Source: Catajapyx aquilonaris (taxonomy: Eukaryota). Taken from it: a DNA stretch of 34,875 nucleotides. The notes under the pieces were generated by a model. That model saw only the letters and a list, made by a program, of their open reading frames with translations, was not told the DNA's origin and did not search any database. Numbering within the stretch: position 1 is the first letter of the stretch; every line of letters begins with the position of its first letter. Of the stretch, positions 1 to 16,100 are shown in pieces. A program made the translations under genes and the position numbers. The DNA is taken from positions 1 through 34,875 of the forward strand of contig KZ539056.1 in NCBI GenBank assembly GCA_000934665.2, written 5' to 3'.

Positions 1-3000
1 CCGAACCTTGTTCTCAGATGAATGGGAAAGACGATGGTCAACGCTATGGTAATACTCCTCCAGCATTGGGGTAAATTCATCCAACTGAGAACTGCAAACA
101 ATAGCTGGGTTACTAATGCAGAATTGATTACTTTCTGTATCTTTTTAACTTTATTACCTGAGCCAACATGGATTATCTGTAAAATGCACTCTCAATGAAT
201 GAAAAACAGTCCATTTATGGGAAAAGGAATGTCAAGTTACATTACACTGACCAACATTATTAGTCTCACAAACATTTCTGACTGACTTTGGGCACAAAGG
301 TACACTTTGCTGAAATACAGCCAGTTAGAACACGGCTTGATTTATGACTGATTAAATATTTATGACACAAAAGGAACACAGGTGAAACAGGAAACAGGTG
401 ACACAGGAGAAAGGGAGCTCCAGGGCGGGGATCGAACCCGGGACCTTTCACTCGCAACACATTATTAGAAGGTAGAGTTGAAAACTGAAAGAGTAACTAA
501 CCTAGCCTTTCTGGCAACCTGCAATGCTGCTTGAAGGTCCCCACATCGCATGCAGTAATAAATGAGGGGCCACACTGGCTGCCCATCCACTAAGCCATCC
601 TCCAAGCCACCCCCCTGAAGTGGGAAGCTGCGCATAGCTACAAAGCTGCGAACCAGAGGATATGTTCCTGGGATGCCTCCAAGCTGAGCATGTTGGAGAT
701 TGCTGAACACAACCGACTGCAAGTACTTCTTATAACTGTAAAATCGAAAACAGAGGGGTAAGTTCCAAATGTAAAATCCAGAGAAATCTCTGAATTTATT
801 ATTGGTTACGGCAACCAAAATTTTCCTCAAGTTCTTTTTCATAACACTGTAGTTGAATAAATAAAATTAATTATAAACAACAATCCAAACATAATGCTGT
901 ACTTGTTCTTTTAGTCTAACAGAGTTCATCTCACCTATCCTGCAAGTATCTTCTCCCATTAGATATGAAGGAATTTTGCAGCACAGGCTTATTTCTCAGC
1001 TTCAGAGGATCATCAGAGATTTGCAATGGGACTTCTGTCATGTAACGAACCATTTCCCACATGTCTGATACATTCTGGAAATATTATATAGAGCAATTAG
1101 CAACATCTTTCATGAACATATGATTCTACATTCTCTATGAATAACAAACATCATAAAAAGAAAATTGCATGCCACCTTTGCTTCCCTCTGCAGTTGCGTG
1201 ATACTTACATTGAAGTAGGACAAATCTTGGCATGGATCTGCCATGAACCTGGACTAGTAAATAACATGGTGCCCAAAACATGTCATATAAGCTGTCAGGT
1301 GATGCCTATGCCACAGAAAAACACATGAAACTCATATTGCACCCAAAATACTCTCATGTGTAAGGGCCCCTAAGGATTATTGACTTCCTCCCAGGTTTAT
1401 CTGCTACGAAATCAATATACTATTCACCTAATGGGACATGGCAAGGTAACAATTATGCCATTCACTGGCCAGCCATGCAAGAGGTTCCAAATTCGAATCC
1501 CATCCTGTCATCATTGCCTAGTTTTGTTTTTTTTCTCTATTCTTCTGCTGGTGCATCCAGGGTGACTTGCATTCCAATCTCGGGCCAGATAGTCCAAAAT
1601 GCCTTGAAATGAATGTCCTTTGACATATGCTCCTCTGTGATGTTGGCTCCCTAACTACAAGGCCAGGGGATTGTGAAGAATTTCACCAAACTTGGCTCAG
1701 AAGCATTGGTAAAGCAAATTTGCATCTAGCCACCAATTTGACCGGTATTGATATCTTCCTCTGGGGACACATGAAGACCCCTCGTATGATACTCCTATAC
1801 TTACGCAGAGGAAGGCCTTGTAACAAGAACCGCTGTTGCAGCCGAAACAGTTTGTAAAATGCTGGAACTTGTTAAAAATGTGTGGCAATTAATGCCTCGA
1901 CACTGTCATGCATGTAATGCTATTGCCTGTGGCATCTTTTAGCACCTTCTTTGAATAAATTTGTTGTTTACACTTGTTTCAATCATTGATGCACCAGCTG
2001 CACTGATATCTGTCAGCACCCTCTAGCACCAAAGGATGGCATCAACAGATATACAGTACATTCACTGGCAAAAAAGGTTTGTCTTGGTCTTCCCTATCTC
2101 CCATTAATTTGTACACATAGTTTTTTAACACCCTGTGTTGCTCAAAATGCAATTTGCAACAACTTAATAACTAATATTAGTCCTAACCTTGTCATCCATC
2201 TTCTTACTGGCCTCCATAAATTGCTCAGTTAAATTTGGCTTAAGGCCTCCTTGAACCACAGCTTCATTATACTCATGCACTTTCTCTGCGTAGGCCATTT
2301 CCATGTGGTTTAGTGACCCACATCGAGGAAGCAGCACTGGATCTGCCAAGAGGCTCCTCTGAAAAGATTCACGTGGAAAACGGTGTTAAAAAAGCTCTCA
2401 CCATATGATCTTAAAAATTTACCTCCGGTTGTGTGGTTAAATCCAAGTCATCTCCAAAGCCAATCAAGGAATTGAGGATATTTCGCTTTTTCTGATTCCA
2501 GTCAGTTTGCATTGTATCCCAAATAAGCTGATCTACATACTGGAATGTCTGAAAATATATTTCAGTTAGAAGGTTGAATAATATTCATGAAATGTTTAAG
2601 CTTAGAGAATGAGAATAAAACCTGCAAAATGTTGGAACAACAAAGCATGTGGGTGCCATTGTGCCGTAAAAGTCCAATCAGTTAATTTTACAATTCTGTC
2701 CATTTCTACTTTCACCCAATTGAAACTTTAACAAATTGCTTTTCCTAATTGAGAGAAGAGGCTGATGCTTACTGAACTTCTGGTGTCCTCAATAACTGAC
2801 AGAATAGCATTTTCTCGCTCATTCTTAAGGAAACTATGTATGTCAACATCAGCTGTGGGCTCCAAAGGCTCAAATGTCTTGGTTGTACTCAGAGATTCCA
2901 ACTTTTGGGACAGTCGCGGTAAATCCAGGCCCTTGGCACCAAGAAGAATGGACCTGTAATAATAAACCACATTACAGTATTCCAGTTACAGCTCATTAGT

Positions 3001-5927
3001 TTGACATGACAGAAGGTTTCAACTGATAGTTCCTGCTTTATACCATGTAGCACAAAATTGTTCTCATAATTATCTGCGTCTGTAAAAATTTCATGCAGGT
3101 CCTTGAGTCATGTTAGCTCCCTAGGTGCAGATGTGGCGGGGAGTGCCTTTTTGTCTTCATTTTCCATCAAGGCCATCAATAAATTACATCATGCTGGTAT
3201 AGGATGTGATCAAAAAGCTGAAGGTGAGCGTGACATACTTTATGGCCAAAATGTTCAGGTTAGGTGTAGGCAGCCAACTTGATACAGAAGGATCTGCAGT
3301 ATTTCTACACACACACACCTTAAGATTTGTTACATAAGATTACGCAAAATACTGACTTAAAAGACATACAAATAGCCAGTGAATATGACATGACATATTC
3401 ACTGTGATTTTCCTCTACACGTTTACTAAATGTGTCCTTCGTCACTGGTCAGACATTATTAATATACCATATAATGCAATCACTTATAAATTTGCACTTA
3501 TTGACTATAATGTTCCATCTAGGGCCCTAGGCTGGCCACGGCAAGTAATTTACATATTTACCCATCAGGTAAAATGTTGTTGAAAAATCTCAGATACATT
3601 ACCACGTCAGTTACCATTTGGGTAAGTTACCTCCATTGTCCAGACTAGAGCCCCTAATGTAATGTTGTGTCTTTGTTACACCTTTAGGCCTACTTGACAA
3701 TCACAAGAATATTGGTATTGAACAAACAACCCAATGCACAGTGTTACTTATTATTGAAAAATATTCACTGAGATATTTTAAGGGCGGTAAGACCGTAGCG
3801 TAGATTTCAACAATGAATTTTTCCTACTTCTTGTTCTTCTTGTTCTTGTTACGTATTGTATATTCGCCCTAACTCAAGTTCTGCTGTAGGTAGAGCTTCC
3901 AAATTTTTAACACAGATCCCCACCATCGTGAATTGATTTCCTACCATTTACACTTTTACTTAATTCCTCTTCAAACTACCGCAAAAAATTTAAAACCACC
4001 AAAAAATACGTTTTAATTTTTTTTCTCAATAACTATTCGGAATTAGGTTTCTTCATCAAAGGGCCGAAGGTGCAGTGGGATGGTGCGGATCTATGTTCAA
4101 AATCTCACAGTTCCCACTGCTACAGGATTGGAGGTGTGATTTTTTTACCTCTTATTTTTTTCTGTCATTACTTCATTTGTTCATGACGCCATCACCTAGA
4201 AACGTCAACTCTTGTTTACCAACTAGCCATATTGTTATTAGCGAAATGTTATACCCTGCCGCTGCTCTCTTTGCCGCTGCTATAAGGTGAACGCATTGTA
4301 CTTATTACAGATTTACAGTTGAATCTGGATATAACAGCCTCGGCTGTAACAGACTTGGTTATAAAGGCTGTCCCGGCATGCTTCCATTAGGCACTGTGTA
4401 TTTTCACTCCTGATAGAACAGACTCATTTTCACCTCACCTCGGGTATAACAGACCATTTCTTGGACCCTCGGTGGGAAAATATTGTTTTCCAGGTATAAA
4501 ATTTGCAAAAAGGAGACGGCAGAAGGAAATTTCGGATATTTTGGTCCTGCATAATTTTCGGGTGAGCCAAGATTGCATTGTGACAGATTTCATTAATCGG
4601 TATGTAGTCTGGTAATGCACAGTACAGCCACATTGAAAGCAGAATTTTATGTTTTCGTTGCGTGACGATTCGGCTATAACAGACCTCGGTTATAACATAC
4701 TTTTTCCAGTCTCTTGAAGTTTGTTTTATCCGGATTCAACTGTACTATTAAGCCAGACTAATTAAATCAGACTAACCGTTGGCTGGTAGCACTCGACTTT
4801 CGTTTTTTTTAAAGACTATCACTGTGAAAGTAATTTTAGGGACTTCTAAGCAATGAAAATCGTCGCCAATACATTAATAGTGCAGACTGTATAGTGCATA
4901 GAGCATAAGACAGTTATGTGTACTGTCAAAAAAGAACTGAAATTATATCAAAAACTTTCCCTTCAGTAAAAAAAAAGAGAAGTAAGACCTCCGCGGCGGA
5001 ATGAAGGTACTGAAACAAGGCAGGCGCACGTAAGACCTTCACCAATTGATTTAAGCTGTACCATAGGTCTTACTCAAGCAATTCTCAAGTACGGTATGGA
5101 ACGGCTCGTAAAATGACTGCTGCAAACTACTCAGAGCGGTATAGGTAGGATTTTATTATGAAAAGAAAAAAATGGGGGAAAAACAAAACCGATTCTAACA
5201 GACTTGGTCCAATCGAAAAAGACCCTCTAAAATTCACCAATTAACGTTTATATGTGAAAAATTAAACGTTAGAGTTAATATCAGCATCTAAAAGAGGTGA
5301 CGATGCTGCATGAATGTTTCATGGCAATAATTCGCACCAATCGCATAGAAATTCAATGTGCTTAATATTGAAGTTCCTAATTTCATAAAACACTAATATG
5401 GAATGGCTCATGGATAATTAATGGATGGAATCTTCGTCGTACTACTATTACTATTAACTATAGGTCTGTAGTTACTGCTAACTTAGCAGTACAATTGCAG
5501 TACACTGGTACTGCTGTTAGAAGTAATTAGTAGTAGGACGAAAATTCCACAAATTGGTTTCAGAAAGGAGTATTCATGAACAGTGAATTGGAAATTGCTT
5601 GAATAAGACCTATGGTATAGCTTAAATCAATTGGTGAAGGTCTTACATGCACCTGCCTTGTTTCAGTTTTTGATCTAATCATGTGGTGGAATAGAAAAAA
5701 TTTCAACTCCTTTTCAATAAATGTTAATATTGAGGAACACTGAAGTGCCCTTACGCCTTTGTGTAGGGCACTCCCCCTTGTGCAGTCCTGGACCAGAGCT
5801 GCTGTCCAGTCTCCAGGACCTGGCGAAGGTTTCTTTGGACACGAGGCAGCTCCCCATTCGCATCCATGTCCACTGTCAGCTGCTCTGCCTCCTGCAGGAG
5901 CTCACTGAAATCATCCTCGGATGCCAT
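1..5927 (-). CDS. NUP93: Nuclear pore complex protein Nup93 (N-terminal part; gene continues beyond the left edge)
   Basis: Coding exons (minus): 5755-5927 ([17 protein letters not shown]...), 2773-2953 ([21 protein letters not shown]...), 2423-2548, 2188-2358 (EMAYAEKV), 935-1074 (NVSDMWEMV), 502-735 (AQLGGIPG...[12 protein letters not shown]), 1-91 (partial). All introns are GT-AG and phases join in frame. The motifs match Nup93/Nic96 as I recall it. A pyrimidine-AG acceptor at 5935-5937 implies an upstream non-coding exon. Confidence 0.96.
400..462 (-). mobile_element. tRNA-derived SINE fragment (family B)
   Basis: Reverse complement GTTGCGAGTGAAAGGTCCCGGGTTCGATCCCCGCCCTGG...CCTTTCTCCTGTGTCA contains a Pol III B box and aligns with the SINE head at about 19960-20022. 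Confidence 0.65.
1720..2135 (+). pseudogene. Degenerate Tc1/mariner transposase C-terminus plus right TIR
   Basis: Frameshifted translation [34 protein letters not shown]...MPRHCHAC...GIF*HLL* matches the SPDLxPxDFFLWGxxK...RRxxACI...FEHLL C-terminus of mariner-type transposases. It is followed by AATAAA and a TIR-like end ...TTTGTCTTGGTC...AACACCCTG (2135). Confidence 0.8.
3521..3655. mobile_element. Small degenerate Harbinger-like MITE
   Basis: Imperfect TIRs AGGGCCCTAGGCTGGCCA / TGTCCAGACTAGAGCCCCT; TSD not clean. Confidence 0.4.
3778..5090 (+). mobile_element. Possible Helentron-associated (HINE/DINE-1-like) non-autonomous element
   Basis: Starts in a T-run. GTAAGACC occurs near both ends (3787, 4982, 5030), a (CTTGTT/CTT)n microsatellite is near the 5' end, and there is a 3' stem-loop GTAAGACCT...AGGTCTTAC. 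It contains a nested TA-MITE. Boundaries are approximate. Confidence 0.4.
4316..4742. mobile_element. pogo/Tigger-like MITE
   Basis: TIR CAGTTGAATCTGGATATAAC / GTTTTATCCGGATTCAACTG, TA TSD on both sides, repeated subterminal motif CGGYTATAACAGAC. Confidence 0.88.
5590..5667 (-). repeat. Inverted copy (about 80 bp) of 5009-5088
   Basis: Reverse complement ACTGAAACAAGGCAGGTGCATGTAAGACCTTCACCAATTGATTTAAGCTATACCATAGGTCTTATTCAAGCAATT is nearly identical to 5009-5088. Confidence 0.85.
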
Positions 5928-5999
5928 CTTCTCACTGGAAGAAAAGCAGTTCAACATTATTCTCCTGCCCAAGTGCACTGTTACCATGCATCAGATGCA

Positions 6000-6174
6000 T
6001 GCCACTGAGCAGGTAGGAAAAAGCGTGATGTCATAGGAGCACAGCACTGCATGGCCATCCAAAAATGTTGTCATATTTGAATATGCCTGGGGACATTTGG
6101 GATGCACACTCGTTTACGTTTTAAAATACAATTCAAAATGTCCCCAGGCAGACGTCTTGTGTGATACAGTGGCA
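6000..6174. repeat. Small foldback element
   Basis: TGCCACTG/CAGTGGCA outer arms and a perfect 15-bp inner inverted repeat TGCCTGGGGACATTT (6084-6098) / AAATGTCCCCAGGCA (6136-6150). Confidence 0.55.
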
Positions 6175-6199
6175 AAATGCTGAGCTAGACTTGAAAAGG

Positions 6200-7100
6200 T
6201 GACCTCTCCCACCGGGGCGGCAATCACTTTGGGTCGTGGCCCGGCATGAGGGGCGGGACGGACCTCCGCAACACCCACACGTGAAAATGACAACGATTTT
6301 CATCTCTCACATTCACCTTCTCTTTGGACCAACACGGGTGGGTGGCCTTTGCACTTGCTAATCCAAAGCTACGCAGGTCAAGAGGCAGGCGGCTGCCCCA
6401 CGAGGTAAGACGTGAAGATGACTGCGTCCAGACAGGTGGTGTCCACAACAAACCACATGCAGGGGGACCTCACGCGAACGGCGAACCGGATCGCAGGAAT
6501 GCCAACCCAAGCGTGAATGAAGAAATGGCAGTTGACAGAAGAGGAACTAATATCGCCTCGCTGCTACTTTAGAACAGCTACTTGAAAAAGCGCTATTACA
6601 CGAAGTGGAACAGGTAGAGTCCCACTCGGTCCCACTCGAGGAGCCAAGGGGGGCCAAGGGGGAGAAAACTTGCTCTCGACACTGCTCTCGATTGCACTGT
6701 ACGACTGTACTATTAAGTACATTCAAGCGCTAGAACACATCAATCCCAAAATAGCAAGTAGCATGTAGCTTTGAAGCTAATTATTACTTTATATATGGAG
6801 CAGGTTTCACCCTGATTGATCCAGTAGATTATATGTGTTATTTAAATTTCATTCACATAATTATAAATTTTGAACAAACTTGACTTTTACGGCATGTGCA
6901 TGTGTGACAATTGTTTTATGTTGGTGACCCTTGGTCCAAAATGGCGCTGTCTCGTGGCCAACTGTGCGATTGTCTCACGTTGCTGCCCCATTGGGATTAG
7001 TAGGTCTGGTGCACGAGGAGCAGGGCACACTGAAGTGTTGGCGTGAGTTCAAGTCCACCGGGTAATAAAAGGATAAAGCTTTTACTGCCTGTCTCCTGGG
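6200..7100. promoter_or_regulatory. Putative bidirectional NUP93/DUS2 promoter and 5' UTR exons
   Basis: CpG-enriched region between divergent genes. YY1-like AAAATGGCG at 6938-6946 and candidate donor GTGAGT at 7043-7048. Both genes have splice acceptors just before their ATGs (7601-7603 on +, 5935-5937 on -). Confidence 0.45.
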
Positions 7101-7521
7101 TTGCTGCGACACTTCTTGGCTGGCCTAGGCCTTCGTAACATCTTTTATTTCTCCTCAAGCGACTGGCATCACATGCACGTGCTCTTTCCACGTGTATTTA
7201 CGAGATCCCGCACTGTACAGGTTGTACGGTACAAGTGGTGGAGCGCATTCTGGGGTAGGGTCATGCTCAGATACGTCCATTGATCACAATGTGCATTTGT
7301 ACATATTTTCATAATGATTGTAAGTTGCCAAGTAATGGTTTGTTTTCATCAATGTACAGCAAAAATCAAGCAACTTCCTCACTAGGGCCATTGGGAAAGT
7401 GCATGGTGTTAAATGATAACTATTAAAGGTGTAACTTGAATTTTGATGTTTGTCAGGTGCTTTAAAAAACCGTAAAGTTAATTCAGGTACGCCATAGCTT
7501 CTAAACTGTGGCACACTCTAA

Positions 7522-11231
<3,710 letters not shown>

Positions 11232-11925
11232 TGAACTGTAGATTATTCACACAAAATGATGCATATACTCAATGAAGGCTACTATCAGGGATAAAAATCG
11301 GAATTATGCAACTCGGATATTTGCCATTCCCAGTTTGTGTTTATTTTATTACAAACCCTGTGCTTGTTTCTGCATTATCTGAAGACAAAGATTGATACTC
11401 TGATGAACATCAAGTGCAATGAAGCTGTACATGAATGTTGAAGTGTGCTGCACATTTAGAAATAGGGTTCAACCCGAAATTCTGTTAATACAGTGAAACC
11501 TGCCCATTACGAACCCTGACATGATATGGAAGAACAACACCCGTTGTTTTTCCACATCATTAGTGCAACACTTTGATGGCAGGTACACTTCTTGTCATCT
11601 AAAGTCACAAGAAATCATCATAATCCACTACCTGCTCCTTTCACTGCATCTACTTCTACATTCTTATCAGTCAGGGCTTCTTGATTAGTTGAATATGAGG
11701 TTTGATGACACCCAGTTTCCGTTGACATGACACTCGAGAGGAGCGATGTGAGGGAGGTGATAAGAGTGCAGAACATACTCACCCTTGACGTTGAATGTGA
11801 CCATATGAAGAGTCCAAGATATGGTGTCAATTATTTTTTAATCAGCAATGCATTCGTATGTCATAATAATAATGATTTAATAATAATAATTTGGGTATTG
11901 CAGACTTCTCAGTATTGCATACACC

Positions 11926-12229
11926 TTATTTATTTATTTTAAGCCTTGTGTACATATTGGCTTGCATATTGGTACCTTTTTGCAAAACGCCTGGGCGGGC
12001 AGGGTGACTGGGAGGGGATGTGCAAGGTGCAAGTGCAATGTCTGTAACGGTACATTTTGTGAACTTCCCTGGGTGGATTAGCCTAGTAGAGATTCCACCC
12101 GAGATGAAGCCAGAGACAACCCAACTCTGCACAAGATGAAAGGGGGGGGGAGACCCCTGGCTGGGATCGAACCTGGGACCCTTCCATCTGTGGGCACATA
12201 CGTTAGCCCATCACCACTGTGCATCCCCC
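11926..12229 (-). mobile_element. tRNA-derived SINE (family B-related) between the DUS2 and TONSL stop codons
   Basis: The minus strand begins GGGGGATG..., has B box GGTTCGATCCC, shares AGACMTTGCACTTGCACCT...CCCYTCCCA with 19926-20280 and ends in an (AAAT)n tail. Confidence 0.7.
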
Positions 12230-13186
12230 ATTCTGATGTCATACAAAATCACCTTTTTATATATCTGCTATTTATTGCATGCACAATTCAAAACATTATG
12301 TGTGATTTGCCACCTTATTGCACATTGTCATATTACTCTTGTGCAAGCTCTTAGGTTAAATGATTGTTGCTGTATTTATTGAAAGGTTTGTATTTTCCTT
12401 GCATATTTTATTCTTTTGTTGAAATTTATTTTTGATGAACATCTGTTGTATGCAGCAAAATAAACTGTGGTCAGGGGAAGACATAAATGCAGTATTAGTC
12501 ACTGAAAATGTCTGAGACTGCTCTGTAGAGCAAGTATCGATGTAACTGGAGTACAGAGGGGAGCAATGAGAGGACTATGCATGCTCTGTGAGTTCGGCTC
12601 ATTCTCAGAAACTGAAGCATGCAGCATTAAATTCCTCATAAAAAGTAACCCCTGGTATGCTAGTTTAGGGCGGTGTATGTGTGTTCCCCTGGATGGCCAT
12701 AGTGAACAAACACACTTCCCAAAATATAGATATAGCCCTACGCAGATATTGCCATCGATGTAGCCAAGTGTGTGATAATTATGTAATGTCACAGCACTCT
12801 TCTGGCCAAAGTTATTTACTGCCGTGACAAAATGATTCTCTCATTACTGTACTTGGTACCTTTTTTACCTTTTTTCAGAGGTTTTTTCTTTTTCTTTTTG
12901 TTTTGTACAGTGGAATGCATAGTGGAAAGTATCTTAAATTTTGCTTACGTACTCACACTTAATGCAGGAGAGTTTTTGGTGATACATACTACTATGTACA
13001 AATTGGCAATTTTTGTCACTTAATAGTAAAATAAATGATACCACATTCACATGCAACATCACAATGATGTATTTTGGTTCTTTGTCATAGTGGTTTGGAA
13101 TTCAAATAGATTTACACAAAAAAAAAAATCAATCTGGCTCCAGTCACTATTTTACAAAATAAAATAAACAAATCATATCCAAGGCA

Positions 13187-16100
13187 TTATGGTTCTGTCA
13201 CTGAGAGCTCAAGCATGGATCCCATGATCTTTTCCACATTCCTATCTCGCCAGCACTGTGTCCATAAACTTCTTAAATATGTCAAAACCTCTGAATTATC
13301 CTGAGATCTTGGCAACTTGAGGCACTCAAGATGAAAGGCATCTTGAAATATGCTATTCAGACAGGAAGCCAGCTTCTCTTGATTGCACTTACTGCCAAGC
13401 ATACTGTAACACCCAGTCAAATTGAGTTCCTTCAAAGGGATGTGGAACTTCTGGCAGGTCTTCAGCAGACGCAGGAAACTAATTGCTGTTAGCTCATGGT
13501 TATTGGACAGATCCAAACATTGCAATCTCTTGGCTTTGCAGATGGCTCTGGTTTGAAAAGGAGGTAGATAAAAAGGTTACAACAGAAATAACTAGAATAA
13601 TTGCCAGCCTTAAATACACTGAACACACTTCAGTGTTGGGAAGGATGAATCATGAAGCAGTCAGGTTCAGATAATTTTTTAAAATTTAAAACTATTGCAA
13701 ATGTAGTTTAAGAAGGACCACAATATCTGCTAAATAATGCAACCACTCACTTCAGCATCTCAAGAAAGGCATCATCAGTAAGTCTGCAGTCACTCATGGT
13801 GAGCTTGCTTAGGACTGGAACATCTATCTTCAGAAACTTATTCAGATGAATCCCCAAGTGCTCAGCACATGAAAAGGGACCTGTGGAGCTCAGGTTGATT
13901 TCTTGCAGCAGTGCTGGATTTAAAGACATCAGTAGTATTTGAACTCCAGCCTCTCCCCATTTATTGAGGCTAACATCCACTGTGACGAGTGTGGAGCCTG
14001 TTGAGGTAACATAATTATAATGGATGAGGTTTGCACATAATGATATTGACAGTGGAGAGACAATGGAGAGGTAACTCCCAGTAACTGCATGTTTTCTGCA
14101 ATCTTACTCAATCACCCTGCCCAATATTGGAGCTTACATCTTGAACCTGCAATTGCAGATGCAAGATTCTTCACATACTGTCATTGGATATGTGAGCAAA
14201 ACTATCTCTTGGGTAACAAAAACCCCAAACCTTGGGGGAAGAACAACCAAGGGGACCTTGATTGTCACAAATGAGTTGCATAACCCATCACAGGATAGTT
14301 TTACTAGTGTAGAATATGATGGTTTAGTATTGGTTGTGGAGCAATGATCATAGTACACTAGAGAAGGCCCAGAACACGAGATCTATATAAGAATTGTATG
14401 GGTCTTCAAAGTTTGAAATTGCAATATCTGTTTTACATGAGATGGACCTTGATCATTCTTCCCCAGAGGTCTTCAAATGGCATAGAACGGCGCCTATTGC
14501 ATTAGCATCACACAATTTACTGCACAAAAAATTCATGTTTCATAGTGTTAAATTAAGCTGTAGGGAGAGATCGTTATTTTTTTAAATAAACTGCTTGTCA
14601 CTTACTCTTGAGTGCTGCTACCAGTTCAGGTTGGTGAAAGAGGCGAACAGTAAAGTGGCAGTTCTTAGCCAACAGGACACGCAGAGACGGGAGAGACTTG
14701 AGCAATGTTGCTAAATGACTGCTGCACATGTCCTCCAATGGATTATGACTCACATCCAATAAACACAATGACTGCAACGGCCAAAGAAGGCTTCACTGTC
14801 AGGATATTCACTAGCTATAACCTGCACTATGTTATATGGCAGAGGTTCCCAAACTTTTTGAGCGGAGCACTTTTCAGGAGAGATATTCGTGACGGAGCAC
14901 CAAGATCATCGAGCCGCGTAAGCAGAAAAAAATTCTGGGTTGGAGGGGAGAGGGGGAGCGCCATATTAGTAAATTAGAATGGGAGGGGCGAAAGAGCGCC
15001 GCAGGTGAAAATTTTTTGGGTTCAAGGTCACACAAGCTACTGAGAGATTTGAATGGGTATAGCTTATTGAAGAATTCCTTTTTTTTCCCAACCTCTTCGC
15101 AGAGCACTTGGAAAAGCTTCGCACAGTTTGGGAAACTCTGTTATATGGTAATCTTGGGATAATCAAGCAAGATTCAAAAGAACATCACACAAATGCAGGT
15201 AAAACTATCTAGTTGTTATACACCTAACATTATTCTTATATGTCAAATTTCTGACTAAAACTGTGTGCATTTCTAGGTGTGTATCTAAATCCATCACACC
15301 CAGTTCCAAGGCAGTCCTACCATATACTTAGGGTAATTATGTCGGTTGCATTGGGTATAACTGCTGGACAAACTGGTACTCAGGCCAGTAAGCATTTAAA
15401 TACTGAGTGAAAATACCTCGATGCAAAAAAGGCACACTGTACAAGACAATATTAAATCTCACTCACAGGTGTCTTGTCTTCCTTGTAGGGTTGTCCTGAG
15501 AAGAGGTTTGCTAACTCCTTCAGTCCATTGAATGTGATTCCATTGCAGCTCAGGATCAGAGTTTCCAGTGCTGTCAATTTTGGGAGAGCCCCACATAAAG
15601 ACTGTAACAAATGTACATTTGAATAAATTTCACCAACTTTAAAGGAAAGTTGATGACAAAAGAGATATCCATGATGGAAAAGGCTGATCCACCACAAAAA
15701 TATTACATCCTCCAGTGCTGTATAATCATTTGAATCATGACAGCACGCCAACTAATGTGACTGGTACCAATTTCTTGAGATTTAACTTGAAAACCTCTTT
15801 TCGATACCCTGGAACACAGATCAGTGTGATCCACGCTGATTGTGACAACTTTCTCTAATATTTCCAAGTTATAGTATAGAGAAACAGCTATGACTGTTAT
15901 GACGAGGAATCAGCACGATTTCAATGATGCACACAGAATGCAGTGCAGGCTAATAGCTTTACACCTCTAAGCTCCAGCCTCTCAGGCAATCACCTGTTCT
16001 CAGAATCTTTGTGGGATTCATTGTGCTATGTTGCAATGGTTAGGAAGGCAGGGAAAAAAAACGAATATAGTTAAACCTGCCTGCAACAGCCTTCACTGTA

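Noticed and set aside
3377..3404. 11-bp perfect hairpin CAGTGAATATG/CATATTCACTG; also an 8-bp hairpin near 32537-32560
   Set aside because: Isolated short intronic hairpins with no snoRNA or miRNA context.
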